Shown: positions 1 through 13,346, counted from the whole stretch's first letter. The stretch: 62,745 nucleotides of DNA, filler included, from Trichosphaerium sp. ATCC 40318 (GCA_038496445.1; 3 parts of 3 records of this genome joined end to end with filler, not necessarily neighbours in it), one strand, 5' to 3'. The notes: a model not told the origin generated them from the sequence alone. Numbers and translations are program-made.

Positions 1-1342
1 GGTATAAAAAGACGTGAAAAAGTTACTGCGAGGGACAGGTACTCACCTAGATGGCTAGATGAGCCATCAATAGAAACAGTAGCACTCGAATACAAACAAA
101 CAAGGAGTAACATTGCTGACATTATGTTACCAATGACAGAGGTTGTTTTGAAAGAGATTATTGGAGACGGTAACTACGGTATTGTTTATAGAGGGTACGT
201 GTCTTCTTATTTACTCAGAAATGGGTTCGCTTGGAAGTGTGCTTATGTTTGATTCTAGGGAGTGGCGAGCCATTAATGTGGCTGTTAAGATGGGCATTAA
301 TATTGCTAAAGATGCTTACACAGAGTTCCTTGATGAAGTATCAGTTATGAGCGCTATGCGACCTCATAAGCACGTGACCCAATTATTTGGAGTTATTCTA
401 GAACAGAACCATAGAGGAATAGTCATGGAGTAAGTAATATAAATGAAACTTTTTGATCGATATTAATAAGATTTGAACTTTTTGGTTTATTTACTGTATT
501 TTAGGTATTATTCTCGAGGTTCCTTGGATCGCTATTTATTTGACCTATCAACCGATATGACTCTTAAATATAGGCTTGAGCTTCTTATTGGAGTTGCTCG
601 AGGTATGTTACATATCCATAAGGAGGGTTTTGTGCACAGAGATTTGGCAGCTAGTAAGTTAAAAAAGATAAAAGGGTTTGGCTTGTCATTTACAAGTGTA
701 CAGGAAACATATTATTATCCGATACTGGTGTGCCCAAGATATCAGATTTCGGATTATCAAGAAATCTTAAACTTGGCACTAAAGGAAGGACAAAGGCTCT
801 AACAGGACCAATAAGGTACACTAAATCAATTATCGAAGTAGTAAAATTCTGGATTCTTTGTTTCTAACATTTGTGTTTTTTAAGGTGGATGGCACCTGAG
901 AGTATTGGTTCAGGTAGGATTTATTCTAATGCTTCAGATGCCTGGATGTTTAGCTGTGTTTGTTTTGAGTGCCTGGTAAGCCATTTTCTCTCTTTTTTTA
1001 TTGCTGCATGAATTACTTTATATTGTGACAGCTGTTGTTGACTGGTTATTTTCGTAGGCTAGAAAGGAACCACATGAAGGTTCTCATGATTTTTTGACTT
1101 TGGCTGAAGGAATACGAGATAAAGTGCGCGTTTGTTTTAACCTTTTTTTAAGAAATACAAGTCTCCATTTATTGATATTTGTCGCTTATACATACCAAAA
1201 GGGATCACATCCAAAGATGCCTATAGAAACGCCAGTATGGCTTATGGAACTTACACTAAAATGTTGGTCTTTTAATCCCGAAGAAAGGCTTACCTTTGAT
1301 GAAATTTGCTCCGTTTTTAAAAGAAATACTGAAAGCAAATAA
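1..1342 (+). CDS. Tyrosine kinase / TKL protein kinase, multi-exon, 5'-truncated by the window
   Basis: Spliced motifs IGDGNYG, VAVK, FLDEVSVM, HRDLAA(RN), ISDFGLS, GPIRWMAPE, SDAWMFS, CWSFNPEERLTF across GT-AG introns; stop at 1340-1342. Confidence 0.9.
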
Positions 1343-1536
1343 AATGTACAATTATCCTAATATCGTTTCATGACACTTGACGTAACCTTGTAGTAAATTT
1401 CACAAACCCCATCATGCCATAGCTCGTGAGCAAGATTTAACACAACTATCGACGGCTTTTTGTGACTTAAAAAAAAGTTGATTTTTCCCGCTCTGCTTAA
1501 CGGTTTGTATCGGTTATTTAGACTCATACATTCAAT

Positions 1537-2639
1537 CATGACAACTCAAGAAACACGCAGAAGCTTTTCTGATAAAGAAAACTACATTAATATGCCTACA
1601 ACGCCAACAAGGAGTCCATCAAAATCGATTTTAAAAAAGAGGAAATTGAACGACTTATCCTTCTCTATTTCGAAACGTAGGCACATAATACGCCCAAATG
1701 GTGCTTCAGGTACGTCATTATCGTATTCGTAGATGTATTTACAGCCAATAGACAAAATTTCGCTTACAAAGCTTGTTGGCGAATTTGCTACACGTATAAC
1801 TGCATCTGAACTATCTAGAAGAGCGTTGGAAGCAGAACTAATAAAATCAGAGCAAGGTAAAGAATTTTGAAAAAGAAACAGAAAAAAAGTAGCCGTTAAC
1901 TAAAACCGCGGCTAGAAAAACAAGAGTTGCTACAAAAACTAAGAGAAAAGGATGAATTAGAAGCGAGATTAAATTTAAAGACACAACAATTAGACCAGGT
2001 AAAGCTTTTTTTTGAAAAAATGTTCGATCCCTTACGATTTTTGTTTCTAGTTACTCATAGAATGTGATAAATGCGTAAGTACTATGTTTTCTTTGCATAA
2101 TGAAATGACAAGTTTTGATGTTGGTGTTTTCCTATTTTTTTCTTATTTTGTTTAAATCTCATCGAACCTAGTTCAAAAGATTTGAAACAGAGCGAGAGAA
2201 TATGGTAGAAACTGCGTGTAGGAAAGTAACAGAATTAACAGAGCAAAGTGCTGCGTTAGCGTCAACTCTTTCTTCAGTAAACAAAAACCACCGAGTGCGT
2301 TCGTTGTTCAAATACAGCCTTTTAGACCGTTCTTTTTCTTCGAGTATTTCGTCTGATTCATGCTGTAGATTTATGTAACGCGAAGCCAGGATGAACTAGG
2401 ACAAGTTAAAAAAGAGTACGCTAAAAATTAGTCTACAAAAATCACGTGATTTGGATACTCATCTAACTTTTTTTTTTTGTAGATTGTTTAATGCTTACGG
2501 TGTTATGATTAATCTCAGCGATATGGTTTCTGGTCACGAGATTAATAATTGTGATATGAATGAACTATATAATAAGGCCTTACAAGAAGGCGTTAGTTAC
2601 AGGGATTTTGCTTTGTGGTTATCGCAGCAATTCCATTAA
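1537..2639 (+). CDS. Hypothetical coiled-coil protein, multi-exon
   Basis: ATG 1537 (MTTQETRRSFSDKEN..KKRKL), heptad-rich exons separated by short GT-AG introns, last exon ..WLSQQFH*. Confidence 0.6.
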
Positions 2640-3067
2640 AAAACAAAGCCCAAGCAAAAAAGAAACAAATGAGAAAAACTCGTTTTGTATAATAGACTTG
2701 TAACATAAATAACTCCATTGTGTGATCTCTTGTTGGTTTTTTGGAGTTTCTATACCATCTCTTCAATAGTTAGGAAAATAACAATCAGTACAGGTTTGTA
2801 AACAAACGCCAGACTAGAGTGTCAACTTAATCGCTGTAGCAGTTCTTAGAAAAACGTCAAAACAGTTCAAAGTTAAGTTGTTATCCGCTTGGAGGCATTC
2901 TCGGAATAGCGAATCGCTCACTCTGGAATACATTGTCTTGCAAAAGAGCTCAGTTTGTTTCGAGCTTCAGTTGAAATTTACAACAGCTCTATCAACGGTT
3001 CAAAACGGCATTTTAAAACTTAACGAATGCCTTAAGCCGTCATTACATCCTTCAAACGCTACATATA

Positions 3068-3406
3068 ATGAACATCTGTGGTGTATCAGTAGAACAGGCT
3101 CTAGTGTACCTTCGTGAGACACATACAGATGCTTTAGCTCAGATTAAGTCCAAACATCAAGAAGCATTTGTAACTCATCTCGAACGTGTTTTGCATGAAT
3201 CAAATACAACCCTTTTGCAGCAACTAGACATGGCAATACTGAAATATACAAGTAGCAGCCAATTAAAACGTAATCAGGCTACTAAATATTCAAAACCTCA
3301 TTCGCTTAGCAATAAACAATTAGTAGGGTACGCAGTTTTTGTAGTCTTTTTTTTTCAACTGCAAATGGTTTTAGGCTTGTTTTTTTGTTTTCCACCCAGA
3401 TTGTAA
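3068..3406 (+). CDS. Small hypothetical protein
   Basis: 112-aa ATG ORF with helical composition; the 3' part may be intron/UTR. Confidence 0.35.
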   Translation: MNICGVSVEQALVYLRETHTDALAQIKSKHQEAFVTHLERVLHESNTTLLQQLDMAILKYTSSSQLKRNQATKYSKPHSLSNKQLVGYAVFVVFFFQLQMVLGLFFCFPPRL

Positions 3407-3626
3407 CGTTTTTTTTCTTAGTTTTGACTTTTTGACTACAAACAACAAGCTGGGTTTGCACTACATTTCGCGAAAGTAGGCAGCCTTGTTCTATTTCTTC
3501 GAAATCCGTTTTTTTGGAGGGCTTTTGTACAACATTTTGCAAGAAAGTAGTGCATTTTTTAGTCAATCGTGGCTCTAGTTACTTTTGCGAAAAGTAGTGC
3601 AAACCCTTTGCTTTTGAAAAAAATTT

Positions 3627-5123
3627 GTGAGTGACGACACGTGCGCCTTACAAATATTTCCAACTGAAGGAAAAAAACGTCTAGAGAAAAATAAAAAGTG
3701 CAAGAGTCTTGTTTGCCATTATGATATCATAGCCCTGCTTTCACTCATTTTTATTAGTACACTTACCCACGTGACATCACACAAAGAACCCTTTATTGTA
3801 ACAGACTTTCCACCAGAAGTTATTTCAAATATCTTAAGTTATACAAGAGGTAAAGATAGATATTCTGCTGCCCAATCATGCCATTTTATTGCTGATATTA
3901 TTCATGATATTGTTGGTTATGAGCAAGTAACCCTTTCTAAAGTTAAAGATATTCTACTCGCTAGAAGTTACAAGGGTATCATGAACAATAGTATAATTGT
4001 GATGAATTGTAATATTACAAATTTGTACTCATTGTTAGCTGGGTGTCACCACATTAAAAGATCATCAAATCGTCAAATGACCAACTCTGATCTGCAAGCA
4101 ATATCAGGTGTTCATACAATAGATTTAAGCTATTGTCAACAAATAAGTGCTCGTGGTCTCAAACAACTAAGAGGTGTACACAAGATTAATTTAAGTGGGA
4201 TCCGTAGGTATTCTTCAGAGGGGTGTGACGGCCTAACAGATAAGGCACTTAAAATAATGACAGGTATCCATACCATCAACCTTTCAGACACTTCAATAAC
4301 AGATAAAGGGTTCAAATATATGAAAGGTGTTTATTGTATTGATGTTAGTGATACAGTTATAACAGACAAAGGATTAACAGCTTTACAAGGTGTACATAAG
4401 ATAATTCTTAGAAACTGCTCCTACATTACAAACAAAGGTATTGAGGCTCTCAAAGGCGTCCACAGTATCTCTCTAAAGAACACAAAAATAACAGATGAAG
4501 GAATCAAATCCCTCAGAGGCGTTCATTGTACTGATCTTTCGTGTACTGCTATCACAGATAAAGGTCTCAAAGTATTACAAGGAACCCATACTATTTGTCT
4601 AGATGGTCTTGACACTATCAGTGATGAAGGTATCAAAGCATTAGCAGGGGTCCATGCCATTTCTGTGAGTGGATGCACTAACATCACTGATGAAGGTATC
4701 AGAGCGCTTAAAGGTGTTCATTGTATTGATCTGTCGTGTACTTCTGTTACTGATAAAAGTCTTAAAGCATTGGCAGGGGTCCATACCATTTCTGTGAGTG
4801 GATGTGCTAACATCACTGATGAAGGTATCAAAGCACTCAAAGGCGTCAATTTTATTGATCTGTCGTATACTTCTGTTACTGATGAAGGTATCAAAGCATT
4901 AGCAGGGGTCCATGCCATTTCTGTGAGTGAATGTGCCAAGATCACTGATGAAGGCATCAAAGCACTCAAAGGTGTACATTCCCTTGATATCTACTGTACT
5001 ACAATAATGGACGAGACCATCGATGCCCTAAGGCCTGAACTTTGTTATGTTTATGGTGATTTCATTTCAGAAGTTATGGGAGTGTGTAATGGGCTTTATG
5101 TAAATATTTGCGTTAAGTACTAA
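3627..5123 (+). CDS. F-box / leucine-rich-repeat protein, essentially intronless; true start uncertain
   Basis: F-box-like TDFPPEVISNILSY..AAQSCHF, then about 13 LRRs of consensus GVHxIxLSxTxITDEGIKALx; near-identical tandem duplications at ~4620-4970. Confidence 0.85.
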   Translation: MSDDTCALQIFPTEGKKRLEKNKKCKSLVCHYDIIALLSLIFISTLTHVTSHKEPFIVTDFPPEVISNILSYTRGKDRYSAAQSCHFIADIIHDIVGYEQVTLSKVKDILLARSYKGIMNNSIIVMNCNITNLYSLLAGCHHIKRSSNRQMTNSDLQAISGVHTIDLSYCQQISARGLKQLRGVHKINLSGIRRYSSEGCDGLTDKALKIMTGIHTINLSDTSITDKGFKYMKGVYCIDVSDTVITDKGLTALQGVHKIILRNCSYITNKGIEALKGVHSISLKNTKITDEGIKSLRGVHCTDLSCTAITDKGLKVLQGTHTICLDGLDTISDEGIKALAGVHAISVSGCTNITDEGIRALKGVHCIDLSCTSVTDKSLKALAGVHTISVSGCANITDEGIKALKGVNFIDLSYTSVTDEGIKALAGVHAISVSECAKITDEGIKALKGVHSLDIYCTTIMDETIDALRPELCYVYGDFISEVMGVCNGLYVNICVKY

Positions 5124-5182
5124 CACTCAAATAAAAAGAAAGTCGAAGTATCCTTCTGTTTCCATTCTTATCCCTCCACAAT

Positions 5183-6213
5183 CAGTGGTAAAATGAAAAC
5201 GGGATTTTGGATATAAATCCCACTAAATTCCTTTGTTTTAGGGATTTTTAAGGTAATTTGTGAAGAATTCTTATTTTTATTTTTTTTTATGGCAGGATTT
5301 TTGATAGAATTACCATAATATTCCCTTAAATACGGAATTTTCAGAATTATTGTACAAAATCCAGCAAATAATGTTCTAATTTAGTTAGGGTTAGGGTTAG
5401 GGCTAGGGTTGAGGTTTATGAAAGTACAAATTAAGTTAGGGTTAGGGTTTAGTTTTATATTTGCAAAAAACCATCGACACCTTAGGTACATAGGTTTTTC
5501 TAGCAAACAATATCCACATGCTATTATTAAAGGTGCAAAAACCAATGGTACAGGTTAAAGTGCGTTAATCCAAAAAGTAACAGAGAACGTGTTTTAGGTG
5601 GTTTGAAAAATCACTTAAACATAAATATCTCTTACTTATCTGTTTTAGGATGATTAAAGCATTGCAACAGCCTTATTACACCATTAAAGAATGTATTTAA
5701 AGCATTAACTCCAAGTACGTTGTTTTTAAAGCTTATTTCCACTTAATTTATCAAAAAACCCTACGCGTTCTTAATTTAGCATTTACAAACGCATTAATTA
5801 TTGTTCAGGCTCTCAAAACCAAATGCGATCAAATTACTTCTTTCGTTTATGAAGACACGATGTATTTAACTTGTACGTGTTATTTAGAATGTTTGTATTT
5901 GTAATGATCAATAAATAAAATGACTTTGCGTTAAATCTGAACCAAAGTATCGAATAATATTTTGTGTAATTTATAAAGTATTTTTTATTGAAATCTACAA
6001 AAAATACATTAAGAAATGCTATAAAGAATACATAGAGAATTCTATATAAAATACATATGCAATTCCAAAAGTAATACTCTAAGAATTCTATGGGTAATAC
6101 TTACGGAATTTCATATAAATTCAATGGGAATGAAGGAAGAGTTTTTCTGTCTACTTTTCCCATAAGAAAACAGGGTGGATTACTTAAAAATTCCCATTTC
6201 TATTTTACTACTG
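5183..6213 (+). mobile_element. Non-autonomous TIR DNA transposon, family A, copy 1 (~1.03 kb)
   Basis: Termini CAGTGGTAAAAT...ATTTTACTACTG, flanked by AT on both sides; near-identical inverted copy at 56485-58553. Confidence 0.92.
5381..5452 (+). repeat. TTAGGG telomere-like repeats inside element A
   Basis: ttagttagggttagggttagggctagggttgagg and gttagggttagggtttag; mirrored as CCCTAA at ~58284-58355. Confidence 0.85.
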
Positions 6214-6929
6214 ATGAGGGCATCGGCTGAAACCTTGTCAGATTTGATAGTATATTAGTAAATACTCCTCAATTTTGATAGCGCTTGGAAATGAGACCCA
6301 TAAAGTTTGTTTCAACAAAATCTTCTTTCGTTTTTGTGAATTTACAAGTGGCATGCATAAAAAATGAGTGAATTTATTGCATTGATACATTAGGAACCTA
6401 ACAGGTTCTATTTCCTCGAATATCAAGGTAACTTTTTTCTAGTATTGTTGATTGTGGAATATGTTTCTAACCCATACCACAAGTGTTACAGGGAGCCCTG
6501 GAATGGTTAGGTACACATTTAAAATATATAGATACTAACCTCCAAACCACTATATATTTAGAAAGTTTCCATGGCATATTATGTGCCTAGAACAATTGTT
6601 AAAAACTTGATTAAAAAAAACCCAATCAGGGCTGAAACTCAACAAGGCATTTTTGGACAATGCGTAGGCATTTTCATCAAATAATGCCTTATTTTTTACA
6701 AAAATGCCTAGTTTTTGCTTCATTCAAAAAGGCAAATACAGGGCAATGCCTTATTTTTTGCTCCAAAAATGCCTTATATTTGATGAAAAAAGCTTGCATC
6801 TGGTACACAAGATTGCAATGGTTTTGCCTGCATATTTTTAGGAATTATGCCCTTCAAATTAGGGCATAACTCATGCATCAATGCCTTATTTTGAAGGCAA
6901 AAAGTAAGCATTCAGGGCTAAAAATTTTC

Positions 6930-7425
6930 GTGGTAAAAATGTATAATTTACTGTCAAATTAAGATAAAGTTTACTGTCAAAAAGCAAGTTTTACTTCCTC
7001 AACTACAGTAAAAAACTGTCATTTTGAAGGTAAATTCAGGGTTTTTACTATGTTTTTTACTGGTAAAAAAGCTGTATTCTATGTAAAAACAAGACAAATT
7101 TACTGTCAAAACTTGGTAAAATCCAAACCATGTTACCGTCAAAAACTAAAGCTCATTACAGGTAAAAACCAAGGTATGTTACCATCAAAAACTACCCCAT
7201 ATTACCAGTAAAAACCAAGCCATATTACCATCAAAAACTACCCCACGTTACCAGTAAAAACCAAGGTATGTTACCATCAAAAACTACCCCATATTACCAG
7301 TAAAAACCAACCCATATTACCGTCAAAAACCAACCCATATTACTGTCAAAAATTACTCTACATTACCTGCAAATCACGACTTTATTTACTGGTAAAATAC
7401 AAGTTATTTTACTGTCAAAAAGAAC
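6930..7425. repeat. Left subterminal repeat array of element C
   Basis: ~22-23-bp units alternating TTACCAGTAAAAA and TTACCATCAAAAA (7150-7345) plus scattered TTACTGTCAAA; similar motifs at 20045-20175. Confidence 0.85.
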
Positions 7426-7441
7426 TACCAACAACCTGACG

Positions 7442-9687
7442 CTATAAAAACAAATAACCACACTCATCTTCTTTTTCCTTCAACTCAGATATTGAAAAGC
7501 GTTGTAATTTATCTAAAACTGCAATAATTTATTAGATGTGATTAACAATAATGCAACGTACAATACACATGATGTCTAATCAACTTCGCTTTGTTAGCCA
7601 AGTAAAATTGTTTGAAGAAGAACTTGATTTGGGCTGAACTAACACGACATTTAGAATTTTTTAAAATCCTTTTTGAAATCATGTCACTTCGTTTCTAAAT
7701 TCCGTTAAACACTGAAAGTTGCTAAAAAAGACTCACCTCAGGCTTTTGAACTGCAACTGCAGCATAGATGTATCTGGCAACCATTTCTGCATTTTGTTGA
7801 CGGCTCATCTGTAATTTGTTATCAATAACTTTAATCGCATAATCAACTTCTACAACAGTTTTATATGCTTCAAGCACAGGCATAAAACCAAGTATTTTGT
7901 GAGCATTTACACCTGGACCTGGTACAGTTACCAGTTAGCACTTAAAGCAACAAAGTACAAAAATAATTCCAAAAACCCAGATAACGCACAACATACAACT
8001 ACACACTCATGCTGCGGCACAGCAACCATACAAAGCCAACCTCTAAAGATCATTAATCCTCTATCATATAGATTAAACGCGTACATGTTGGTAGAGTAAC
8101 AATCATGTAAACTTTTTGGATTGACTATTTCACACCCAATTTCTTGGAACAAAAAAGGTACCAAACCAAACACCAAGGTTTTTGTTATATCAACCTAGGA
8201 GAGCGTTCAAAAAAAAGTGATAATTAAATGGTTTACGTCTAACTTATCTTCATCTTTGAGTGGCTTGTGAAATCCGATGATCTTATGTTCATACGTAACT
8301 CCTAAAAAGATCAACTAGCGGCATAATACAATGGAAAAATGTGCTACCTCTGTAAAAAACCAAAAAAAGTTAGCAACGCATGTAAAATGTATTTGCACGT
8401 ACTTTGGTCTTGCCACGTAAAGGTACGTTTGCATTTGAGCAGTATTGGGAGTTCCATCTTTAGAAAAGAGCCACACACAATCTTCAAATGTGTATGCTAT
8501 TGTTTTTACAAATAGCTCCGTAGAAAAAGAGAATTTGTCGCCCTTGGATTCTTGTTCTACAGTTGACGCTAATTCATCTATTTAAAGCGATTGAATTAGT
8601 GCACAATCAACTTAAAGCAGATACAAACTTGAGTTGGTTTCTTTGGTGTTTGAATTTTTGCCAACAGAATTTTTAGTAGGAGTTTTTGGTGGACTAGAAG
8701 CTGCGTCATATTCATTGATAAGTGCATCCAATGTACAGGTGATATTTTGCACATCAAGTAAATTGACATTTTCATCATATTCGTCGCTGTTGTTATAACA
8801 GTAAGCGAGCTGTTTGGTAATAAAATGGACGTACATGTATTTAAGAGCATCTTTTACTTCAAACCACTTGGTCGCTGAATTATAATAATTTACAAATTGT
8901 ACTTTTTTATCAACAGTAAGCACCTTCCACAGTCTATTAACCTACAATAACAGATTCAATTAGAGCTGTGTAAACAACATTTTTTATAACGCACATCAAC
9001 AGTGAACAAAGTCTCCGCTTTGTGAGTGATTTTAAATACAAACTGTTTACCAAAGAATGCTCCGCCACGCAAGGCCGCTTTCATTACACCAACTACAAGG
9101 TTATTAAGTGTTTATAAAGCGAGAAAAGAAGAAAAATTAATTTTGTGTTTTTTACCTGTACTTTCTGTTGAAATATCTGGTCGCTTCTCAAGCAAGATTC
9201 TCAAGTATGCAAACATGTATCCTCTCATCTTTTTTAGTTGGTTTTCATGCTTTTTTTTGACTAATGAAAAATCTATAACGACGTCCTGGGTTGTTTCTTT
9301 TTTTCGCCATTCAGCTTGTAACTCCTTCAAAACGGTGTCTTTGTCTGAAGAACCAGCCTCCATCAAGGCAATAATAGCTTTGGTTATTTGTTTTTTCTGT
9401 GTTGTAGTAAGTAAAAAATGAATGCTTCTAGCAATGCAAATAATTAAAGCTGTCGTAACGTACAGGCATAGGAGCAGGCGTAGAGAACTTTTTTTCTTTT
9501 AATTCTTTTAATTCTCCAGCCATTAATTTCAACATTTGACTCATGTTTCTACAAGTTAAATGAACAAAAAGAACCAGTAATAAAGCCAGAATTTAAAATT
9601 TAAATTGTATTGCTCGTACTTCATCATAGGGACTATTTTATCAGGAGTCAGCTGTTTTTTGGAAGGAGAAGGTTCTGATGACATCAT
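7442..9687 (-). CDS. Element C accessory gene 1 (multi-exon, unknown; TnpA-like position)
   Basis: ATG at 9687 (MMSSEPSPSKKQLTP), exons matching ORFs 9112-9366, 8612-8923, 7928-8176, apparent end ..KEKEDECGYLFL* at 7442; same strand as and directly downstream of the transposase. Confidence 0.6.
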
Positions 9688-9726
9688 TGAGCTTTGTAAA
9701 ACTCAAGTTGACTTTTATTCAATTTT

Positions 9727-12700
9727 TTAATTCGGAACTGCAAAGTGATGATAATTGATCAGATAAATGTTGTCATCTGGCGTTTTGTACAATTGTGCAA
9801 GTTTGTACACTCTTTTAAGCTCCACACACACAATTTCATCTGAAGGTTCAACTCTACAACAAACAATAAGCCAAAAAAACCCTCTTTGCCTCAATTGTGA
9901 TCACATACATCAAGAATTCTGTTTCTTCATCATAGCGGTATTCAGTATCAGAGACACGATAACACCTGTGGACATTAGTTAGCTTTTTGTGTAAGTAAAA
10001 GACATGTAAACGCACTCTCCTAGTATGAATACTGTGTTAGGTTGGTACAAGCTTTTGTATATTCGTTTTGTAGCAACATAAATGCAATTTCTTTTTGTTT
10101 CCTTTTGGTACGGTCGCCATGTTTTAAAAAGAGTCCTTTGTTCCATGGTGAGTTTGATTGTATCATCTGCAGACGTAACAGAATTGTACATAGCAAATGC
10201 TCCATTTTTTATTTCATCTGCTAGGTGAGGAAAGGAGTGTTCAATTGCTATTTTTTCTTCGAGACTTAACCATTTTTTTTTGCATTTGTTATTGCCTGTA
10301 ACAAGTGTCATGAGTTACACTAAGTTTGTCAAATGAATTTTGTAACTTACGTAAAGTCCATGTCATATGAGGCCTGTAGTAAAACGCTGGAGTTGTGACA
10401 GTAGGAGCTGGGTTCATTTTCTTTTTAACAATCACGCTTTGACACACATCATCAAATTTGCCAGCATAAGAAATCATAAGCCACGGAATCTCCTTTGAAG
10501 CAATGTCTCTGTAATAAAAATAAGTTTTTGTGCAGCCATTGTGTTATCAATGAACAATTAATAAACTGTACTGTATTTTATTGTGGTTTTTTGAGGACTT
10601 CTTCCAACTTTTAATGGTTGCGTGTTTTGATTCACATGCGTAAGTGCTGTCACCTGTCAAATGAACGTAAATCTGCTCTTAACGCACCTAAAATGCTTGA
10701 ATACACCAAATTTCTTTATCATGTACTCATAATGGTAAGGTATGTGAAAATTGATAGTGTTTGTGCTAAGATCTACAAATTTTTTGTAAGACGGAAAAAT
10801 TGTAATGAAACATTATTCACCTGGAAAGCTATCTTTTATTGCTTCCAACAAGCTTTTATATATGGCAGTAATCCTATTTAAGTGACCTTCAACAAGCAGA
10901 TAATCTCTTTGTGTCATGACTATGTACGACAACAAATTTTTCCTGTAAAAACTATTAGCAACAAAAAAAAAAAAAACACAATAAATACCACATGGACATC
11001 ATCTTGTTAGATAACACATTTCTAAACACCAACAATGCCATCTTTAAAAAAGTTCTCATATCTGTGCCATCCCAACTGTCTTTGACTAAACACCCTGTTT
11101 TGTTCCACACAGCTTTCATTCTGATGCGATGTGTTAACAAATTAAAGTAAAAAGAAAATAATATTTCGTACTTTCCTAAACCAGTGTTTTGTTGTCTGAT
11201 GTACTTTATCCGTTTGGTAACAGTTCTTTTTATCTCTGTGACAACGTTTTCTTCTTCTAGGTGAGCTATAGTTTCAATCAAAACAGTCTGTGATATCCCC
11301 AATATTATGTTGTGAAATGGACAGTACGGAGAGTCCAAAAAAAAATCAAACTTGAACGGCAGCATTAAAGCGAATGGAGTCTGATATAAAAAGCCAAGTC
11401 AGCTTTAAAAATAAACTCTGAGAAGACAAAATTGTACGAGAACTTGCCTTTTCATTGACTCCATAACAGTTCTTTACATGATTTTCATAATTTCTTGTGT
11501 CAAGGTCGTTCAATATCATTTTAGTTTTTCTGTGCTTTGCTTCTAATTCTTCAGCGTCCGTAATTGCTGTGAATGATGCTTTGGCCACTCTACAAATTCT
11601 GCAAGGATAAAAACAGGTGGTATTCTTCATAGCTATGTAAATGTAAAAAATGTGAATGATGTAACATTTAACGCACATATCAACCTGTTGGATCCTGGAC
11701 TGTCACCAAGTATCATTGTCAAACGTAAGAATACTGTAAAATACTATTGTAACAGTTTGTTAGTGCTCAAGAAAATTGGATTAAGAACTTTAAGCTTACC
11801 TTTCCTTCACTTTTGATGTAGCATTTCATTCCGTTAAAAACTTTCAAAAAATCTTGCACCACGTGTTTTAATAAATCTTCTTCATGGTGGCACTTAGGCA
11901 GCACAGACAACAACATTTTGCCTGTAGCATTGGCACTATTTGGTAAATTCCATACCACCATGTAAAGCGGTCCAAAAGTATCTTTTTTATCATAAGTGAA
12001 GTCGTCTTTACTTATGTATGCTGATACATTGTTAGGCAGAAATTGATGGCAATTTGACACTTTGCGTACCAGGAAGTAATATTGTATTGTGCTTATCAGC
12101 TTTATATCTATCCAACACATTTCCAAATATGGTTTTAATGTGAGATCCTGTTTCTGGCCCTCTGTAAACTTTATGGTCTGTAACTTCACCTTCAATGTTC
12201 GTAGTCACAGTTGGTAAATTGTCAATTATGCACTCTTTTATGCTGTTTCTGCTTGGCAAGTAATAAAGTACTCGTTTGATATGCTCTGATGGAGAATAGA
12301 ATGGAACTTTGACAGTTGAAACAGTTTCATTTGCTTTGTTTTTTTTTGGAACAATAATATGTTTCGTAGGCTTAAACTTCATAAGAAACTACAACGTATT
12401 TTTAGTCTAAAGCATGAAATTGAAATTAATACCTTGCTTTTGATGTTATTAAATAAAGTTTCAACACAACAAGAGATGATATCTACCAGAAGTTAACAAA
12501 AAGCCATAAAAAAAAAAAAGAAAAAAAGAAAACGAACCCTCATTTTTAACCCCGTAAAGCAGTAACGAGGTGTTAAATAAGGTCAAGATTTTTTGACAAA
12601 GGACTTTAGAAAGCTTGTATTCCATTTTTAAGGCCAATAAAAGATATCCAAACTTCTCTTCAGAAGTAGCATCAGCCAAAGATGCCATCGGTTCAAAATC

Positions 12701-13202
12701 AGGAGGCATATTATTATTTATTTCTGTTGATTTATGATATTAGTATAAACAATAAAGCAATCTTGTAACTTACCGTAGGGTTCTTGCAATTCAAATTGGT
12801 TGTCAAACATTTCTTCATCTTGATTGTTTTCAATCTCAAAGTTTTCATAGCTATTACTATCTTCACTGCTTACGCTACTATAATCCGCGTACTCTGAGCC
12901 ATAACCATCGCTTTCAGGGTCATCAGAATTCTCTTCATTAAAATTGTCGCAAGAATTATGTGAGCAGATTTCATACAGATTTTCTTCTACATTCATGTCG
13001 TCAGGCTCATTTGCGAGATTTGCCATCCTTTCTAAAACAAAAATTAGCATTAGCGTTGATATTCTATAAAAACCACAAAATACGTACCAGTACAAGCCAT
13101 AGCAGCTAAATGTTTGGTTGAATTGATGTGTTCATATTGAAAGTACCTTGTATTATACCGTCTATTGCAAATAATGCAATAAACTGTATCATCTTCAGCC
13201 AT
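9727..13202 (-). CDS. CMC-superfamily (EnSpm/Plavaka-like) DDE transposase, multi-exon, N-terminal C2H2 zinc finger
   Basis: Spliced motifs MAEDDTVYCIICNR..HINSTKH; YISKDDF..GPLYMVVWNLP; MILGDSPG (~11700); FYPCRICRV; PYCPFHNIILGI; WDGTDMRTFL; TINFHIPYHYEYMIKKFG|STYACESKHATIK (~10610-10760); stop at 9727. Confidence 0.88.
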
Positions 13203-13346
13203 ATTGTTAGCAAACACTGTAAAGTATAGTTTTATAAGTGTCAAATTAAGTCTCATTACAACGAGGAAAAATTGGTTGAAACGCGTTTAAACTGAGCTAT
13301 TTATTGTATCATCTAAAAAAAAAAAGTGAGCATGTACATAAATAGA

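Noticed and set aside
5381-5452. Chromosome end or fusion site
   Set aside because: The tract is short, internal to element A and present in both copies.
5183-6213. Tc1/mariner, ISL2EU or Helitron assignment for element A
   Set aside because: The TSD is AT not TA, a true duplication is shown by frame restoration in pol, and the termini resemble the CMC element C.
6660-6869. Duplicated small ORFs (6660-6869/57940-58149, 20415-20642/57453-57680, 20709-20900/57195-57386)
   Set aside because: They are duplicated only because they lie in element B copies; composition reflects the AAGGCA repeats.
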